A stretch of DNA of 60,828 nucleotides, filler included. It is 4 parts of 4 records of this genome, joined end to end, with 100 filler letters (N's around TTAATTAATTAA, not from the genome) between each part and the next. Parts side by side here need not be neighbours in the genome. Positions count along the whole stretch, not along the records: positions 24,393 to 42,454 come from SRR20825006_528; 3 more parts are not named here. One strand, written 5' to 3'. The position numbers were made by a program, and so were the translations under genes. A model generated the notes under the pieces. The model did not search any database and had not been told where the DNA came from. It worked only from the letters and a program-made list of their open reading frames with translations. Of the stretch, positions 30,301 through 42,554 are shown one piece after another (the stretch's first letter is position 1; the number at the start of each line of letters is the position of its first letter).

Positions 30301-33300
30301 TTGTAGGTGGCGCTGGGGCCTTCGAGCTGCTCCAGGAACCACAACCGCCGCTGGGCAAAGGACAGGGGCGCGGTCTGCGCTCCGGGGTCGCTTGTGATCG
30401 GCGGCAATTGTTCGCCGTCGCGAAGCTGGTCGATCCGTTCCGCCAGCCCGGCAATGGTTGGCGCTTCGAACAGGGCACTGAGCGGCAGATCGACATCGAA
30501 GCTGTCTCGCAGGCGGGTGACGAGGCGCATGGCGATCAGGGAATGCCCGCCGAGCGCGAAGAAATCGTCGGTGACGCCGATCCGGTCATGGCCAAGCAGC
30601 TCCGACCAGATCCCGGCCAGCAGCTCCTCGTCCTGATTGCGCGGAGCGACGGATTCTTCGTTCACCGCGACCGATGGCTCGATGAGTGCGCCGCGGTCGA
30701 GTTTGCCGCTTGAGGTCTTGGGGAGCTGAGCCAGCAGGGCCAGGCTGGACGGAACCATGGGCGCGGGCAGGGCCGCACGCAGATGCGCCATCAGGTCGGA
30801 CTGCAGGGATTTCGGGCTTGCCTGCTTGCCGGAGGTCGCGACATAGGCGGCAAGGCGTCGGGCCGAGGCATGTCCGTGCACGATGATGGCGGCCTCGGTG
30901 ACGGCGGGATGGCCGCTCAGGACCGCTTCGATCTCACCAAGCTCGACCCGCACGCCCCTGATTTTGACCTGGTCGTCGCGGCGGCCGATATAGTCGATCA
31001 GTCCGTCCTGGCGCCAGCGTGCGAAATCGCCGGTCCGGTAGATCCGCCCGAATTCCGGATGCTCAATGAAACGCTCGTGTGTCAGGTCGGGCTGGGCCAT
31101 GTAGCCATGTGCGACGCATGGACCGGCGATACAGAGCTCCCCCGGAACGCCCGGCGGGACCGGTTGTCCGGTTTCGTCCAGCAGATGGATTTTGACATTG
31201 CCGATCGGCCGTCCGATCGACGGCAGGTCGTCCCAGTTCGTCACATCCTCGGGCAGGCGATACGCGGTCGCCACGTGGCTTTCTGTTGGCCCGTAATGGT
31301 TATGCAGGCGGCAGGCGCTGCGCCCAAAGACGGCGCGAATGGCCGGGGTGCCGCGTAATTGTTCACCGGCGGTGACGGTGTCGCGCAGGCAGTCCGGGAA
31401 AGCGTTGTTGCCTGTGCTCTCCGCGAGATGCTGCAAGGCGACGAAGGGCATGAAGACACGCTCTACATTCCGGCTTTCGATCCAGTCGAGCAGGGCACGG
31501 CCGTCGCGGCGGCAATCCTCGTCCACCAGCACCAGGGTTCCGCCGGAGCACCAGGTCGAGGCGATTTCCTGGAAGGCGACATCGAAGGTGAGGGCAGTGT
31601 ATTGCAGCGTTCGCGCCGGCTGGTCGAGGCCGGGCTGGCGCGCTTGCCATGCCACCAGATTGACGATGGCCCGGTGCGGCATCTCCACACCTTTCGGACG
31701 GCCCGTCGAGCCGGAAGTGAAGAGCGCATAGATCCGGTCTTCGGGACCCGCCGGGCATTCGGGCGGGGTGGCGTCGCCTTTGGTCAGGAGCGGATCGTCG
31801 GGGGAAAGAGCGATGATCGCCGGGGCATCTCCGGGCATTTTTTCTGCGCTGGTCGGGTCGGTCAGGACGAGTGCCGCCCCGCTCTCGCGCAGGATAAAGC
31901 CGATACGCTCTGGCGGGTCCTGCGGGTCAACCGGCAGGCAGGCCGCGCCGGAACGCAGCACGCCGAGAACCGCGATCAATTGCTCTGCCGAGCGCGGCAA
32001 GGCAATCGCGATGATATCGTTGGCCCCGATACCGCGTTCCTGGAGATGGCGCGCCAGACGGCAGGCCCGGGCATCCAGCCCGGCATAGCTTATCTGCGCC
32101 GTGCCGGTATCGAGGGCGATTGCGTCCGGCCGTTCCGCGACCTGCGCTGCGATCAGATCAACAAGGCTCCGGGCTGGCGGCACCGGAGCATCGGTCTCGT
32201 TCCAGCTCTGGATCCGGGCGGCTTCCGCCTCCGAGAGCAGCGGGATGGTGTCGAGCGGCTGGTCCGTGTTGTCGAGCAAGGCGGAAAGCAGGAGCTCGAA
32301 ATGGCCACTCATGCGGTCGATCGTGTCGCGCTCGAAGAGGGCGCACGCATATTCCCAGGTCAGGCGGTAGCCGTCCGTCCGGTCGAGCGCGGTCAGGGTG
32401 ATATCGAACACCGCGCCGCGCTGGCCGCCGGCAAGCATGTCGCTGAAGAGACCCTGTTCGACCAGAGGCGTACCAGCTTCGCGTTCATACACGAACGCCA
32501 CCTGAAAAAGCGGGGAGCGGCTGGGGTCACGCTGTGGCTGCAACTGTTCGACCAGCAGCGGGAACGGGTAATCCTGATGCTCCAGCGCGCCCAGAACGGT
32601 CTCGCGCACGTGGGCAAGGAAGTCAGCACCCTCTCCGTTTTTCGGAAAAACCAGACGCAGGATCGCCGGGTTCACGAAATAGCCGACAAGATCCTTCAGC
32701 TCCGGCCGGGTGCGGCCGAGCATCGGCGAGCCGATCAGGATCTCGCGCTGACCGCTATAGCGGTTGAGCAGCAGGCCGAAGGTCCCGAGCAGAAGCACGT
32801 AAGGCGTGACCCCGAGGCGTTGCGCGGTTTCCTTCAGCCTGGCACTGAGCGCCGGGTCGAGGTCCTGGGTGATGGTCGCGCCGGTGAAATCCTGCCGTGG
32901 CGGGCGTTGCCTGTCCGTCGGCAGGTCGAGCACGGGAAGCTCGCCACCGAGCCGGTCCAGCCAATAGCTCCCGGACTGTTTGCCCGCTGGTGTTGAAAGG
33001 GTTTCGCGCGACCATTCGGCATAGGCGAGGTTGGTCCAGGGCAGGGCGGGGAGGGTGGCTGCGTGGCCTTCCCGTTCGGCGCAATACAGACTTGAAAGAT
33101 CGCTCATGAGGATTTCGAGCGAGCGGAAATCCACCACGATGTGATGTGCCACAAGGGCGAGCACCGGGGTCGGGAGTGTGCCGTTCGACATGCCGGAGAA
33201 GAGATGCCAGCGAACGGGCGGAGCGGCCTCCAGATCGAAAGGCTGATCGGCGAATTCCGCGATGGCGCTCTCGACCTCGGCGACACTCCAGCCACTGACA

Positions 33301-33731
33301 TCGGTCACCGGGAGATCCACGGGGGCGGGTGCCGAGGGGGTGCTGAAGGGTTTGCCGCCGTGGCTGCCGAAACGGCTGCGCAGGCCTTGATGCCGCTCCG
33401 TCAGCTTGTCGAGCGCGGCTTGCAGCGCACGCATGTCCAGATCACGTCCCAGCCGGGCGGCGAAGAGTGTGTTGTAGGCGATACTTGTCCGGTCGAGCTC
33501 GTAGAGGAACCAGAGTGCTTCCTGCCCCAGTGACAGAGGCTCCGCCGTGTGGTCCGGTATTTCAGGCGCACGGTTCAGATACGCGATCAGGTCCGACTTG
33601 CGGTCCCTGATCTGGGTGAGGACGTCTTCGTCGATTGCCCCGCTCGGCCCGTGGTACCGGATTTGCCCTTCCGTCACGGAAAGCTCGACTTGGCGCTCAG
33701 CCAAAGTTCTTACGAATTCTGCAATCGTCAT
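24393..33731 (-). CDS. NRPS, 3' truncated: docking-C-A-T-C-A-T-C-A
   Basis: HHIVVD, HHIISDG and HHIICDG; three TSGSTG.PKG A domains; two GGHS PCPs; ATG overlaps the PKS stop (ATGA). Confidence 0.96.
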
Positions 33732-36700
33732 ATCTGACCTGCGATCCATGCGGTTTGGGGTTGTTGAGAGGTGGTTCCGGCCGGGAGATCGCCTTCAAGG
33801 CGCGTAGCCAGATCATTCAGGCTGTGGCTGCCGAGCAGATCCGCAAGGGCAATTGTCAGGCCCAGCTCGCGCTCGATGAGCCCGCGTATTTCCATCGCAA
33901 GCAGGGAATCGAGCCCGAGAAGCGATAGCGGTGTGTCCGGTGCCAGTTGCCCCGGCGGAAGGCGAAGCACGTCGCATATGCGCGCCGCCAGCCAGTCACG
34001 CGGAGACAGATCGGGCTGGGCATGCGGTTGAGTTGTGTCGCTACGGGGCGGCTGTTTGGTGTGCGTGGTGCCGAGCCCGGCGAGGACCGCGTCGAACAGA
34101 CCCGTCGGCCGCTGGCTGCGGTAGAGCTCCGCGAAACGGGGCCAGTCGGCAGCGACGAATGCTGTCTGTGCCTGTGCCGGGTTCAGGAACTCGGCCAGCC
34201 GATCCGTGAGGCGGTCCGTCGGGAAAGGTTCAAGCCCCATCCGGCGCAATTCCCGGCCGGTCCCGGTGCTCACCATGGCGCTGTCAGAAAGAGGGCCAAG
34301 ATCGAGGCTTGTTCCCGGCAGGCCGCGTGCCCGCCGGAAAGTGGCCAGTCCGTCGAGGAAAGCGTTTGCCGCCGCATAAGAGGCCTGGCGCTGACCGCCC
34401 CAAAGCCCGGCGATTGATCCGCAGCCGAGGAAGAAATCCAGTTTCTCGTCCGCCGTCGCGACGTGAAGCGCCCAGGCGCCACCGGCCTTTCCGGCCAGCA
34501 CGGCCGCGCATTCGGACCAGTCCAGGCTATTGAGGTCCCGCTGCTCGCCAATACCGGCGGCGTGGATGACACCCGCAAGAGCTGGCCCGGTGCGGTTCCA
34601 CTCAGCAATCTGCGCAGCCAGTGTTTCCTGATCGCTGATGTCGAGAGCGGCGGCCTCAACAATAGCGCCGTAATCCGTCAGAGCCGCCATGTGCCGGCGT
34701 GCTTCCGCTGTCTTCGCGCCGTTCCGCCCAACCAGCAGAAGCCTGCCTGCGCCCTGGCGTGCCAGCCACAGTCCCATGGCGCGGCCCAGGCTGCCGAAGG
34801 CGCCAGTAATCAGATAGCTGGCGTCCCGGCGGATGGAGACCGGTTTCTGCGCTGCAGGATCTGCGTGATGCAGACGCGGGACGAGGAACACTCCGTCCCG
34901 CAGGGCCGCTTCCGAATGCTCTCCCGCAGAGGAAAAGGCGGCGGCGATCAGCGCCGTGTCGCGGGTGAGGTCTAGCGTATGCGGCAGATCCAGCAGGCCG
35001 CCCCAGATATGCGGGGTTTCCAGTGCGACGCTGCGGCCGAAACCCCGGACCGGCGATTGTGCCAGGCCTTTGAGACGGTCGTTCTGTGTCGCGGCGACCG
35101 CATCCTGTGTCACGATCCACAGCCGGGGCGGGGTCGGCAGGCCCAGAAGAGCCCGCGTCAGGGCAATCAGACCAGCAAGTCCGCCGCCTTGCGCGCTCGT
35201 CAGGCGTCCGGCGGTCAGCTCTTCCGTCTTCGGATCATCGAGGTTCCAGAGATGGACGACGCCCGTCAGCGGTCCCAACTCGTCAAGCAATGAACGGGCG
35301 GCTGCCTCGTCCCCGGGAACGAGGTTTCGGCGGTGTCCGTTGAGAGGCGCCTTGAAGATCATTGTGCAATGGGCGCCCCGTGCCTGAAACTCGGCGGCAA
35401 CGGCTTCTCCGGTGCCGTTCTCATCGGCAAGGATCAGCCAGTTTCCGGTGATCGGCACGGGCTTTTCCGTGCTTTGGGGCAGAGGCTCCCAGCGCACCCG
35501 ATAGGGGGCGGGTATGGCGCTGGTGCGCTCATGTTCGGACTGGACCCAATAGCGTTGCCGGTCGAAGGGATGGCCGGGCAGATCGGTACGCCGTACCGGC
35601 AGAGCGGCATAGAGAGCGTTCCAGTCCGGGGTCTCGCCATTCGCATATAGCTCGGCCAGAGCGCGCCATTCCTCCGGGCTGGCATGGTCTGCCTCCATTG
35701 TTCCCGTCGCCGGGCGCCGGGAGGAGATGGCGCCGCCGCTTTCGATGGCCCCGTCGTTTGTCTGGCCTTCAAGCCAGGCTTCCAGAGCCGAAATCAGAGA
35801 GGGCGCGTCGGCGCCGAGCACGGCGAGCCTGTGGGGGAAATGGTCGCGTCCGCAGGATGCCGTGAAGCAGAGATCGGCCAGCGGCTCCGGGCTTTCTTTC
35901 AGAGTGTCCAGAATCCGGGCGGCGAGCGTGCGGAGCGCGGGCCGGCTCTTGGCGGAAAGCGGCAGGAGGTATTGGCTGAAGCGTGGTCGCTGGCGGGGCG
36001 CCTGTTCCGGTGCCTGTTCCACGATCACATGCGCGTTGGTACCGCCGAACCCGAAAGAGCTGACGCCCGCCCGCCGCGTCTGTCCCGATTGGGGCCAGGG
36101 CTCGGTGCCGTGCGGAAGGTGGAGCCCGATTTGCGTCCAGTCGATCTTAGTATTGGGGGTGGCGCTGTGCAGGCTGGCCGGAATTTTCCCGTGAGACAGG
36201 GACAGGACAGCCTTCTGCAGACCCGCTACACCCGCTGCGGATTCCAGATGGCCGATGTTAGATTTAACCGAGCCGATGGTCAGGGGGCGGTCCCGCCTTT
36301 CCGTGCCGAAGACGGCATCCAGCGCACCTGCTTCAATAGGATCGCCCAGCGCGGTGCCGGTGCCGTGGGCTTCGACATAGCCGATCTCACCCGGCTCCAG
36401 TTCCGCGCGCTGGAGTGCCCGGCGGATCACCCGTTCCTGTGCCGGTCCGTTCGGGACCGTCAGGCCGCTGGACCGGCCATCCTGGTTCACGGCGGATCCC
36501 CGGATCACGGCCATGATCCGGTCGCCGTCCCGCTCTGCATCTGAGAGCCGTTTCAGCAGCAGCAGGCCGCAGCCTTCGGAGCGCACGAACCCGTCCGCCT
36601 CTGCCGAGAAGGCCTTGCAGCGCCCGTCCGGGGCCAGCATGCGTGCCCGTGAATGGTTGATGCTGACGGTCGGGTCGAGCAGCAGGTTGACGCCGCCGCT

Positions 36701-39700
36701 GATCGCCAGCTTGGTCTCCCCGCTTCTGAGGCTTTCGCAGGCCTGGTGGATCGCGACCAGGGAGGAAGAGCAGGCGGTATCGATGGCGAGGCTCGGCCCT
36801 TCCAGGCCGAGGAAGAAGGACAGCCGGTTTGCCGCCACGCTGAGCGCGTTGCCGGTGCCGAGATAGGCGTCGATCCCGTCGGGCGTGCGATTCAGACGGT
36901 GCAGGTAATCGTTGGTGCTGATGCCGATAAAGACGCCGGTCTGGCTGCCTTCCAGACTGCTTGGCGGTATGCCTGCACGCTCCAGAGTCTCCCAGCACAC
37001 CTCCAGCAGGAGACGCTGTTGCGGGTCGAGATGTTTGGCCTCGCGGGGGGAAATGCCGAAGAAGCCCGGATCGAACAGATCGATATCGTCCAGAAACCCG
37101 CCATGGCGTGTCTGGATGGTTCCGGACATGCCGGGGTCCGCATTGTAATACCTGTCGGCGTCCCAGCGGTTTGCCGGAATTTCCGAGATCGCGTCGACGC
37201 CATCTTCCAGCAGTTTCCAGAAAGCATCTGGATCGGAGACTCCGCCGGGTATGCGGCAGCCAAGAGAAATAATCGCGATCCCGTCATTTTTCCCTGTGCT
37301 GGTGATCCTGTTTTCATGGACAGGAACAGCAGGGAGCGCCTGTGTTGCGTCATCAAAGTCGCCGCGTTCCAGCAGATGCTGCGCAAGGCGCTTCGGCGTC
37401 GGGTAATCGAAAGCCAGGGTCGCGGGCAGCGGCCAGCCGAGGTCGGCCTGCAGCCGGTTGCGCAACTCGATTGCATTCATCGAGTCGAACCCCTGATCGA
37501 AGAATCCGCGCTCGGGGTCAGGGGCCTGATCTCTGCCACCGATAATCGCGGTGACCCGATCGAGAATGTTGGTGGTGAGCTGCTCCAGCCGCGCGCCGGG
37601 TGCCAGCGCATGCAATCGGGCGATCATGCCGGATTGTGTCCCGGCCTCTGAGAGTGGTGGGGTGGCAGGGGAAGATCCGTTGATCAAGGGATGGACCAGC
37701 GGGGCGTCTGACCGGCGCGGCAGGATCGCCATGTGCGGTATGTCGAGCGCCGATGCACGGATCATCGCCTCAAGACCCTGCCCGGGTTCAATCGGGGCCA
37801 GCCCGTGCCGTGCAAGCCTGCCTGCGAGGGCGGTCTCGCGGGACGCATCGGACCAGGCGCTCCAGCTCAGGCTTTGTGCCGGAAGCCCGCGCCGGTGGCG
37901 ATAGAGCGCGAGGGCATCCAGCATGCCGTTGGCGGCGCCATAGGCCGCCTGGCCGGGATTGCCCAGCAAACCGCTCGCCGACGAGACCAGCATGAAATGC
38001 TTTACAGGATGCCTGGCCGTGAGGCGGTGGAGTGCCCAGCCACCGAGGATCTTGGGCGCCATCACGGCGCAGACACGCTCGGCAGATTGTTGATGCAGAA
38101 CCCCGTCGTCCAGTATGCCCGCGGCATGGAGAATACCGGTCAGTGGTGGCCAGTCTTGCGGCAGGGTGTCGAGTAGCGCGGTGAGGGCAGGCTCGTCGGT
38201 GATGTCGACGGCGCCGACCTCGATTTCAGCCCCCGTCGCGCGCCATTCCGCGATCCGCTCGGCGGCGGCGTCAGACGGCGTGCTGCGGGAGTTGAGCACC
38301 AGATGGCGTGCCCCGCACTTTATCAGCGCTCCGGCCATGAGCAGTCCAAGCCGCCCGAGGCCTCCGGTCACCAGCCATGTTCCGTCTGTCTCCAGCGCTG
38401 CGTCCGGTTTCGGGAGAAGCTGTGGCTCCAGCCCTGGCGTGAGCCGCTTGGGGGCGCCGTTATCAAGGCGCCAGACGGTCTCGTCCTTCGGCTCGGCGGC
38501 ACGGATCTCGGCGAACAGTTGGGCTGCGGCTTGCTTGGCGTTGCCATCCACATCGATGAGGGAAAGACGCCAGTCCGGATGTTCATGCCGCAAGCTCCGC
38601 CCCAACCCCCAGATCATCGATTGGAGCAAGCCGCCGCCCGCTTCGGGGAGAGGTGCATCGGCCATCGCGAAAGCCTGACGGCTGACCAGAGAGAGTTTGA
38701 GCGGGCGCGTGGCCTGTGTGGCCAGGATCTGCACGAGACCGGTCAGCCGGGTGCCAAGATTCGTGACGGCACCGGCGATAGCCTGCGTATCGCTTTTCAG
38801 CTGATCGGGTGCGGCGATATCCAGAGGCCAGAGACAGATGATGTTGAGGGGGCGTTTGCCCGCCGGAAGTGTGTCCGGGGCCGGCCCCGTGATGACGGTC
38901 ACCGTGTCGCCCGTCGCCCTGAGAGTGTCGGCCAGCCTTTTTGCCGTCCCGATCCGGTCCGCGAACAGCAGCCAGTCGGCCGGGGGACGATGTTCGTCCG
39001 CTGTCTGCGAGGCCGGTGTCCAGCAGGGCACGAAGCCCCATTCCTCGACTGGAACGGCTGTCACTTCCGCATCGGAGACGGATGGCGCAGGTTGCGGGGC
39101 ACCATGGGCAAGAGCCTTGCGCAGCGGTGCGGCGGCATCGCCGGTCTCGGGGCGTGGCGGGAGGGCGCAAGGCTGCTTCTGGAACGGATAGGCCGGAAGC
39201 TCCGGTGCGGCCCACTTGTCCGTGCCGTCATGGAAAGCCGCCCAGTCCGGCGTGACGCCGGCGGTGTAGAGTGCCGCCAGGCTGCCGGTGAGTGTCTCCC
39301 AATCTTCCGCGCCATCGCGCAGGCTGGGGAGCCAGAGGGCGTCGGCCGCCGGAACGCATTGCGCGCCAAGGGCGGTCAGAAGCGGTTTCGGGCCGATCTC
39401 GACAAAGACGCGATGACTGGAGGAGATGTTGGCCATGCCATCGGCGAACCGCACCGCGCCGCGCAGATGGCGGGTCCAGTAATCCGCGTCCGGCGCGGTC
39501 TCCATAAACCGTCCGTCGAGATTACTGACGAGCGGGATCCGGGGAGCGGAAAAGTCAAAGCCGGATGCGATCTTGCGGAACGGCTCCAGAATGGGGTCGA
39601 TCAGGGGCGAATGGAATGCGTGGGAGACCGGCAGGAACCGGCTGCGGAAGTTCGCACGCTCCAGGCCTTCCTGAACCCGGGTGAGGGTTTCGCGCCGTCC

Positions 39701-42454
39701 GGACAGCACGACATTGCGTGGCCCGTTCACGGCGGCGATGGAGATGTCTTCGGGACAGGATGCCGCGAAGCCGGAGACCTGTTTCTCGTCCGCCATCACC
39801 GCCAGCATGGCGCCGTCGAGGGGCAGGCCTTGAATGAGACGGGCGCGTTCAGCGATCAGCCGCAACCCCGTCTCCAGATCGAAAACATCGGCCACACAGG
39901 CGGCCACATATTCCCCGACACTGTGCCCGAGGAGGGCGGCGGGCTGGATCCCCCAACGCCGCCATAGCGCGGCCAGCGCGTATTCGAGGGAAAAAAGGGC
40001 GGGCTGGGTGTAACGGGTTTGCGCCAGCAGATCGGCATCCTTGCCGAACATGACCGAGAGCAGGGAGTGGTCGAGCTGCTTTGTCAGCAGAGCGTCGCAG
40101 CGGTCGAGTGTCGCGCGGAAGCCCGCATCAGCCGCATAGAGGCGGCGTCCCATATCGGGATATTGGGAGCCCTGGCCGGTGAAGAGAAAGGTGACGGATG
40201 GCGCGTTGACCGGTATCCGCTGCCCCTGTTCTTCGCCGGCGGAAATGGCTTCGAGCTGGTCGGCAAAACCGTCGATGGTCCCGGCAGTGAGTGTGAGGCG
40301 GTGATCCAAATGAGAGCGTCGTGTGGCCGCTGCGGCGCACAGATTTTCCGGCGTGATGTCCGGAGTGTGGCGGCACAGGGACGCGTAACGCTCCGCAAGA
40401 TCCCGCAATGCCGCCGGGTCGCGGGCGGAAAATGCCAGCAGGTGCGGCTGGCGGGCGGTGTGTTCTATCGGTTGAGCGGCGTTTGCGCGCTCCGGGGCGT
40501 GTTCCAGAATCACATGGGCATTGGTTCCGCCGAAGCCGAAGGAACTGACCGCCGCGCGTGCGCCGTCCGGCAAACGCCTCGGGACCAACGGGATCTCGAA
40601 AGGAGATCCGTCGAGTTTTATCAGGGGATTGATCCGGTGCAGGTCCGGTTGCGGCGGCACTTCGCCATGCTGCAGGCAGAGAACGGCCTTCACCAGACCC
40701 GCGATTCCGGCGGCGGCTTCAAGGTGGCCGATATTGGCCTTCGCGGAGCCGAGCAGGCAGGGGCGGCCGCCTGACCGGGTGCCGCCAAGAGCGGTTTGCA
40801 GGGCGCCGACCTCGATGGGGTCGCCGAGACGTGTTCCGGTGCCATGGGTTTCGACGAAATCGATATGCGTGGCATCCAGCCCGGCGGATGTAAGCGCATC
40901 GCGAATGACGCTCTGCTGCGCCTGCGGGTTTGGAGCGGTGAGGCCGTTGCTGCGGCCATCCTGATTAATCGCCGAACCGCGGATCACTGCCAGCACGCGA
41001 TCGCCGTCACGCTCTGCGGCGGCGAGCGGCTTCAGCACGACCATGCCGCAACCCTCGCCGCGCACATAGCCGTCGGCATCGGCGGAGAAGGTGTGGCTCC
41101 GCCGGTTTGGCGACAGCATGCCCGCGCGTTCCAGGGCGAGGTGAAGATGCGGGCCGCCGATGATGTTCACGCCTCCGGCGAGTGCCAGCTCACACTCTCC
41201 ACTGCGCAGACTCTGGCAGGCCTGATGCACGGCGACGAGCGAGGAGGAGCAGGCGGTGTCGATGGCCATGCTCGGCCCGCGCAGATCGAGCTGATAGGAC
41301 AGGCGATTGGCGGCGATGCTGAAGGCCAGGCCGGTGCCGCTATAGGCGTTCAGCAGGTTTTCCGCATCGCCCCGGCTGAATTGATCGAAGGCGAAATCGG
41401 CGGAGGATATTCCGACGAACACACCGGTCCGGCTGCCTTCCAGTTGATCTGCCGGCATTCCTGCATGTTCCAGCGCGTGCCATGTCACTTCCAGCAGGAG
41501 ACGCTGCTGCGGGTCCATGCTGCGCGCTTCGCTCTCGGCAAGGCCGAAGAAAGCGGCGTCGAAACTGTCGATCCCTTCGAGGAAACCGGCCTCACTGCCC
41601 GGAAGACGGGCGTCGGGGCGCACCACGCAGCGCCCGCTGCTGAGGAGGTCCCAAAAATCATCCGCGTTCCCGGCGCCGGGCAGACGGCAGGCAAGGCCGA
41701 CGATTGCGATGGGGGTGTGGTGGCCGGGGTCCTGTTTGATCTGTTTGATAGTGTGTGGCGCCGGAGAGGCCTCGGCGCCACTCAGATGGTCGGACAATGC
41801 CGCGATCGAGGGATATTGCCAAAGCAGGGTCGGGTCGAGAGCGGGGCCGCCGAGATGATCTTCCAGCGCCGCGATGAGGCCGACAGCGGAGCGGGAGTCG
41901 AGGCCGAGTTCCGCGAACGGGGCCTGCAGATCGATCGCGTCCGGTTGTAGCGACAGCATGCCGCCGAGTTGATGGCGCAGCCAGTTTCGGAGGCCGGGGC
42001 CGTCTGGTCGGTTGGCCTCTGTGACGGGGGAGGTTTCCCGGCGCCAGCGGGCGATGCAGTGCAGCTTGTCATCGAGATAGGCCTGCCTGCAGGCCCGGCG
42101 CTGAACCTTGCCGCTGGATGTCTTGAGAATCTGGCCGCGTTCGAGGATCAGGATCTCGGCGGTTGCCAGGCCATGGCTCCGGGCCACTGCCTGACGGATG
42201 CTCCGGAAGGCAGGCTCCCAGTCCGTCGTGCCACGCCCGGCTTCGGCAAGGATGAGGAGCTGTTCTTCGGAGCCGTTCTCCACCGAGAAGGCGGCGCAAT
42301 GTTCCCGCCGTACCTCGGGGCTGGCTTCCAGCACCGTCCATTCAATGTCATGGGGGTAATGGTTCACACCGGCGATGACGATGAGATCTTTCAGGCGGCC
42401 GGTAACATGCAGGGCGCCATCCTTCAGGAAGCCGAGATCGCCGGTGCGCAGGAA
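33728..42454 (-). CDS. Modular PKS, 5' truncated: FAAL-ACP-KS-AT-KR-ACP-KS-KR-ACP
   Basis: Frame open to the contig end ([30 protein letters not shown] = FAAL C-terminus); two DTACSSS/HGTGT KS; one GHSVG/HAFH AT; two KRs; three (L/F)DS ACPs. Confidence 0.96.
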   Translation of the reverse strand, partial: FLRTGDLGFLKDGALHVTGRLKDLIVIAGVNHYPHDIEWTVLEASPEVRREHCAAFSVENGSEEQLLILAEAGRGTTDWEPAFRSIRQAVARSHGLATAEILILERGQILKTSSGKVQRRACRQAYLDDKLHCIARWRRETSPVTEANRPDGPGLRNWLRHQLGGMLSLQPDAIDLQAPFAELGLDSRSAVGLIAALEDHLGGPALDPTLLWQYPSIAALSDHLSGAEASPAPHTIKQIKQDPGHHTPIAIVGLACRLPGAGNADDFWDLLSSGRCVVRPDARLPGSEAGFLEGIDSFDAAFFGLAESEARSMDPQQRLLLEVTWHALEHAGMPADQLEGSRTGVFVGISSADFAFDQFSRGDAENLLNAYSGTGLAFSIAANRLSYQLDLRGPSMAIDTACSSSLVAVHQACQSLRSGECELALAGGVNIIGGPHLHLALERAGMLSPNRRSHTFSADADGYVRGEGCGMVVLKPLAAAERDGDRVLAVIRGSAINQDGRSNGLTAPNPQAQQSVIRDALTSAGLDATHIDFVETHGTGTRLGDPIEVGALQTALGGTRSGGRPCLLGSAKANIGHLEAAAGIAGLVKAVLCLQHGEVPPQPDLHRINPLIKLDGSPFEIPLVPRRLPDGARAAVSSFGFGGTNAHVILEHAPERANAAQPIEHTARQPHLLAFSARDPAALRDLAERYASLCRHTPDITPENLCAAAATRRSHLDHRLTLTAGTIDGFADQLEAISAGEEQGQRIPVNAPSVTFLFTGQGSQYPDMGRRLYAADAGFRATLDRCDALLTKQLDHSLLSVMFGKDADLLAQTRYTQPALFSLEYALAALWRRWGIQPAALLGHSVGEYVAACVADVFDLETGLRLIAERARLIQGLPLDGAMLAVMADEKQVSGFAASCPEDISIAAVNGPRNVVLSGRRETLTRVQEGLERANFRSRFLPVSHAFHSPLIDPILEPFRKIASGFDFSAPRIPLVSNLDGRFMETAPDADYWTRHLRGAVRFADGMANISSSHRVFVEIGPKPLLTALGAQCVPAADALWLPSLRDGAEDWETLTGSLAALYTAGVTPDWAAFHDGTDKWAAPELPAYPFQKQPCALPPRPETGDAAAPLRKALAHGAPQPAPSVSDAEVTAVPVEEWGFVPCWTPASQTADEHRPPADWLLFADRIGTAKRLADTLRATGDTVTVITGPAPDTLPAGKRPLNIICLWPLDIAAPDQLKSDTQAIAGAVTNLGTRLTGLVQILATQATRPLKLSLVSRQAFAMADAPLPEAGGGLLQSMIWGLGRSLRHEHPDWRLSLIDVDGNAKQAAAQLFAEIRAAEPKDETVWRLDNGAPKRLTPGLEPQLLPKPDAALETDGTWLVTGGLGRLGLLMAGALIKCGARHLVLNSRSTPSDAAAERIAEWRATGAEIEVGAVDITDEPALTALLDTLPQDWPPLTGILHAAGILDDGVLHQQSAERVCAVMAPKILGGWALHRLTARHPVKHFMLVSSASGLLGNPGQAAYGAANGMLDALALYRHRRGLPAQSLSWSAWSDASRETALAGRLARHGLAPIEPGQGLEAMIRASALDIPHMAILPRRSDAPLVHPLINGSSPATPPLSEAGTQSGMIARLHALAPGARLEQLTTNILDRVTAIIGGRDQAPDPERGFFDQGFDSMNAIELRNRLQADLGWPLPATLAFDYPTPKRLAQHLLERGDFDDATQALPAVPVHENRITSTGKNDGIAIISLGCRIPGGVSDPDAFWKLLEDGVDAISEIPANRWDADRYYNADPGMSGTIQTRHGGFLDDIDLFDPGFFGISPREAKHLDPQQRLLLEVCWETLERAGIPPSSLEGSQTGVFIGISTNDYLHRLNRTPDGIDAYLGTGNALSVAANRLSFFLGLEGPSLAIDTACSSSLVAIHQACESLRSGETKLAISGGVNLLLDPTVSINHSRARMLAPDGRCKAFSAEADGFVRSEGCGLLLLKRLSDAERDGDRIMAVIRGSAVNQDGRSSGLTVPNGPAQERVIRRALQRAELEPGEIGYVEAHGTGTALGDPIEAGALDAVFGTERRDRPLTIGSVKSNIGHLESAAGVAGLQKAVLSLSHGKIPASLHSATPNTKIDWTQIGLHLPHGTEPWPQSGQTRRAGVSSFGFGGTNAHVIVEQAPEQAPRQRPRFSQYLLPLSAKSRPALRTLAARILDTLKESPEPLADLCFTASCGRDHFPHRLAVLGADAPSLISALEAWLEGQTNDGAIESGGAISSRRPATGTMEADHASPEEWRALAELYANGETPDWNALYAALPVRRTDLPGHPFDRQRYWVQSEHERTSAIPAPYRVRWEPLPQSTEKPVPITGNWLILADENGTGEAVAAEFQARGAHCTMIFKAPLNGHRRNLVPGDEAAARSLLDELGPLTGVVHLWNLDDPKTEELTAGRLTSAQGGGLAGLIALTRALLGLPTPPRLWIVTQDAVAATQNDRLKGLAQSPVRGFGRSVALETPHIWGGLLDLPHTLDLTRDTALIAAAFSSAGEHSEAALRDGVFLVPRLHHADPAAQKPVSIRRDASYLITGAFGSLGRAMGLWLARQGAGRLLLVGRNGAKTAEARRHMAALTDYGAIVEAAALDISDQETLAAQIAEWNRTGPALAGVIHAAGIGEQRDLNSLDWSECAAVLAGKAGGAWALHVATADEKLDFFLGCGSIAGLWGGQRQASYAAANAFLDGLATFRRARGLPGTSLDLGPLSDSAMVSTGTGRELRRMGLEPFPTDRLTDRLAEFLNPAQAQTAFVAADWPRFAELYRSQRPTGLFDAVLAGLGTTHTKQPPRSDTTQPHAQPDLSPRDWLAARICDVLRLPPGQLAPDTPLSLLGLDSLLAMEIRGLIERELGLTIALADLLGSHSLNDLATRLEGDLPAGTTSQQPQTAWIAGQI

Positions 42455-42554
42455 NNNNNNNNNNNNNNNNNNNNNNNNNNNNNNNNNNNNNNNNNNNNTT
42501 AATTAATTAANNNNNNNNNNNNNNNNNNNNNNNNNNNNNNNNNNNNNNNNNNNN
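42455..42554. other. Artificial contig spacer
   Basis: 44 N + TTAATTAATTAA + 44 N. Confidence 0.99.

Noticed and set aside
24654-41950. Long plus-strand ORFs (e.g. 27831-29993, 38303-39967)
   Set aside because: Antisense shadows of high-GC NRPS/PKS genes with no recognisable motifs
24393-42454. Assignment to the thalassospiramide or didemnin clusters
   Set aside because: FAAL start with a bimodular PKS and Pro-Hse does not fit those lines as I recall them; the contig is not physically linked to contig 1
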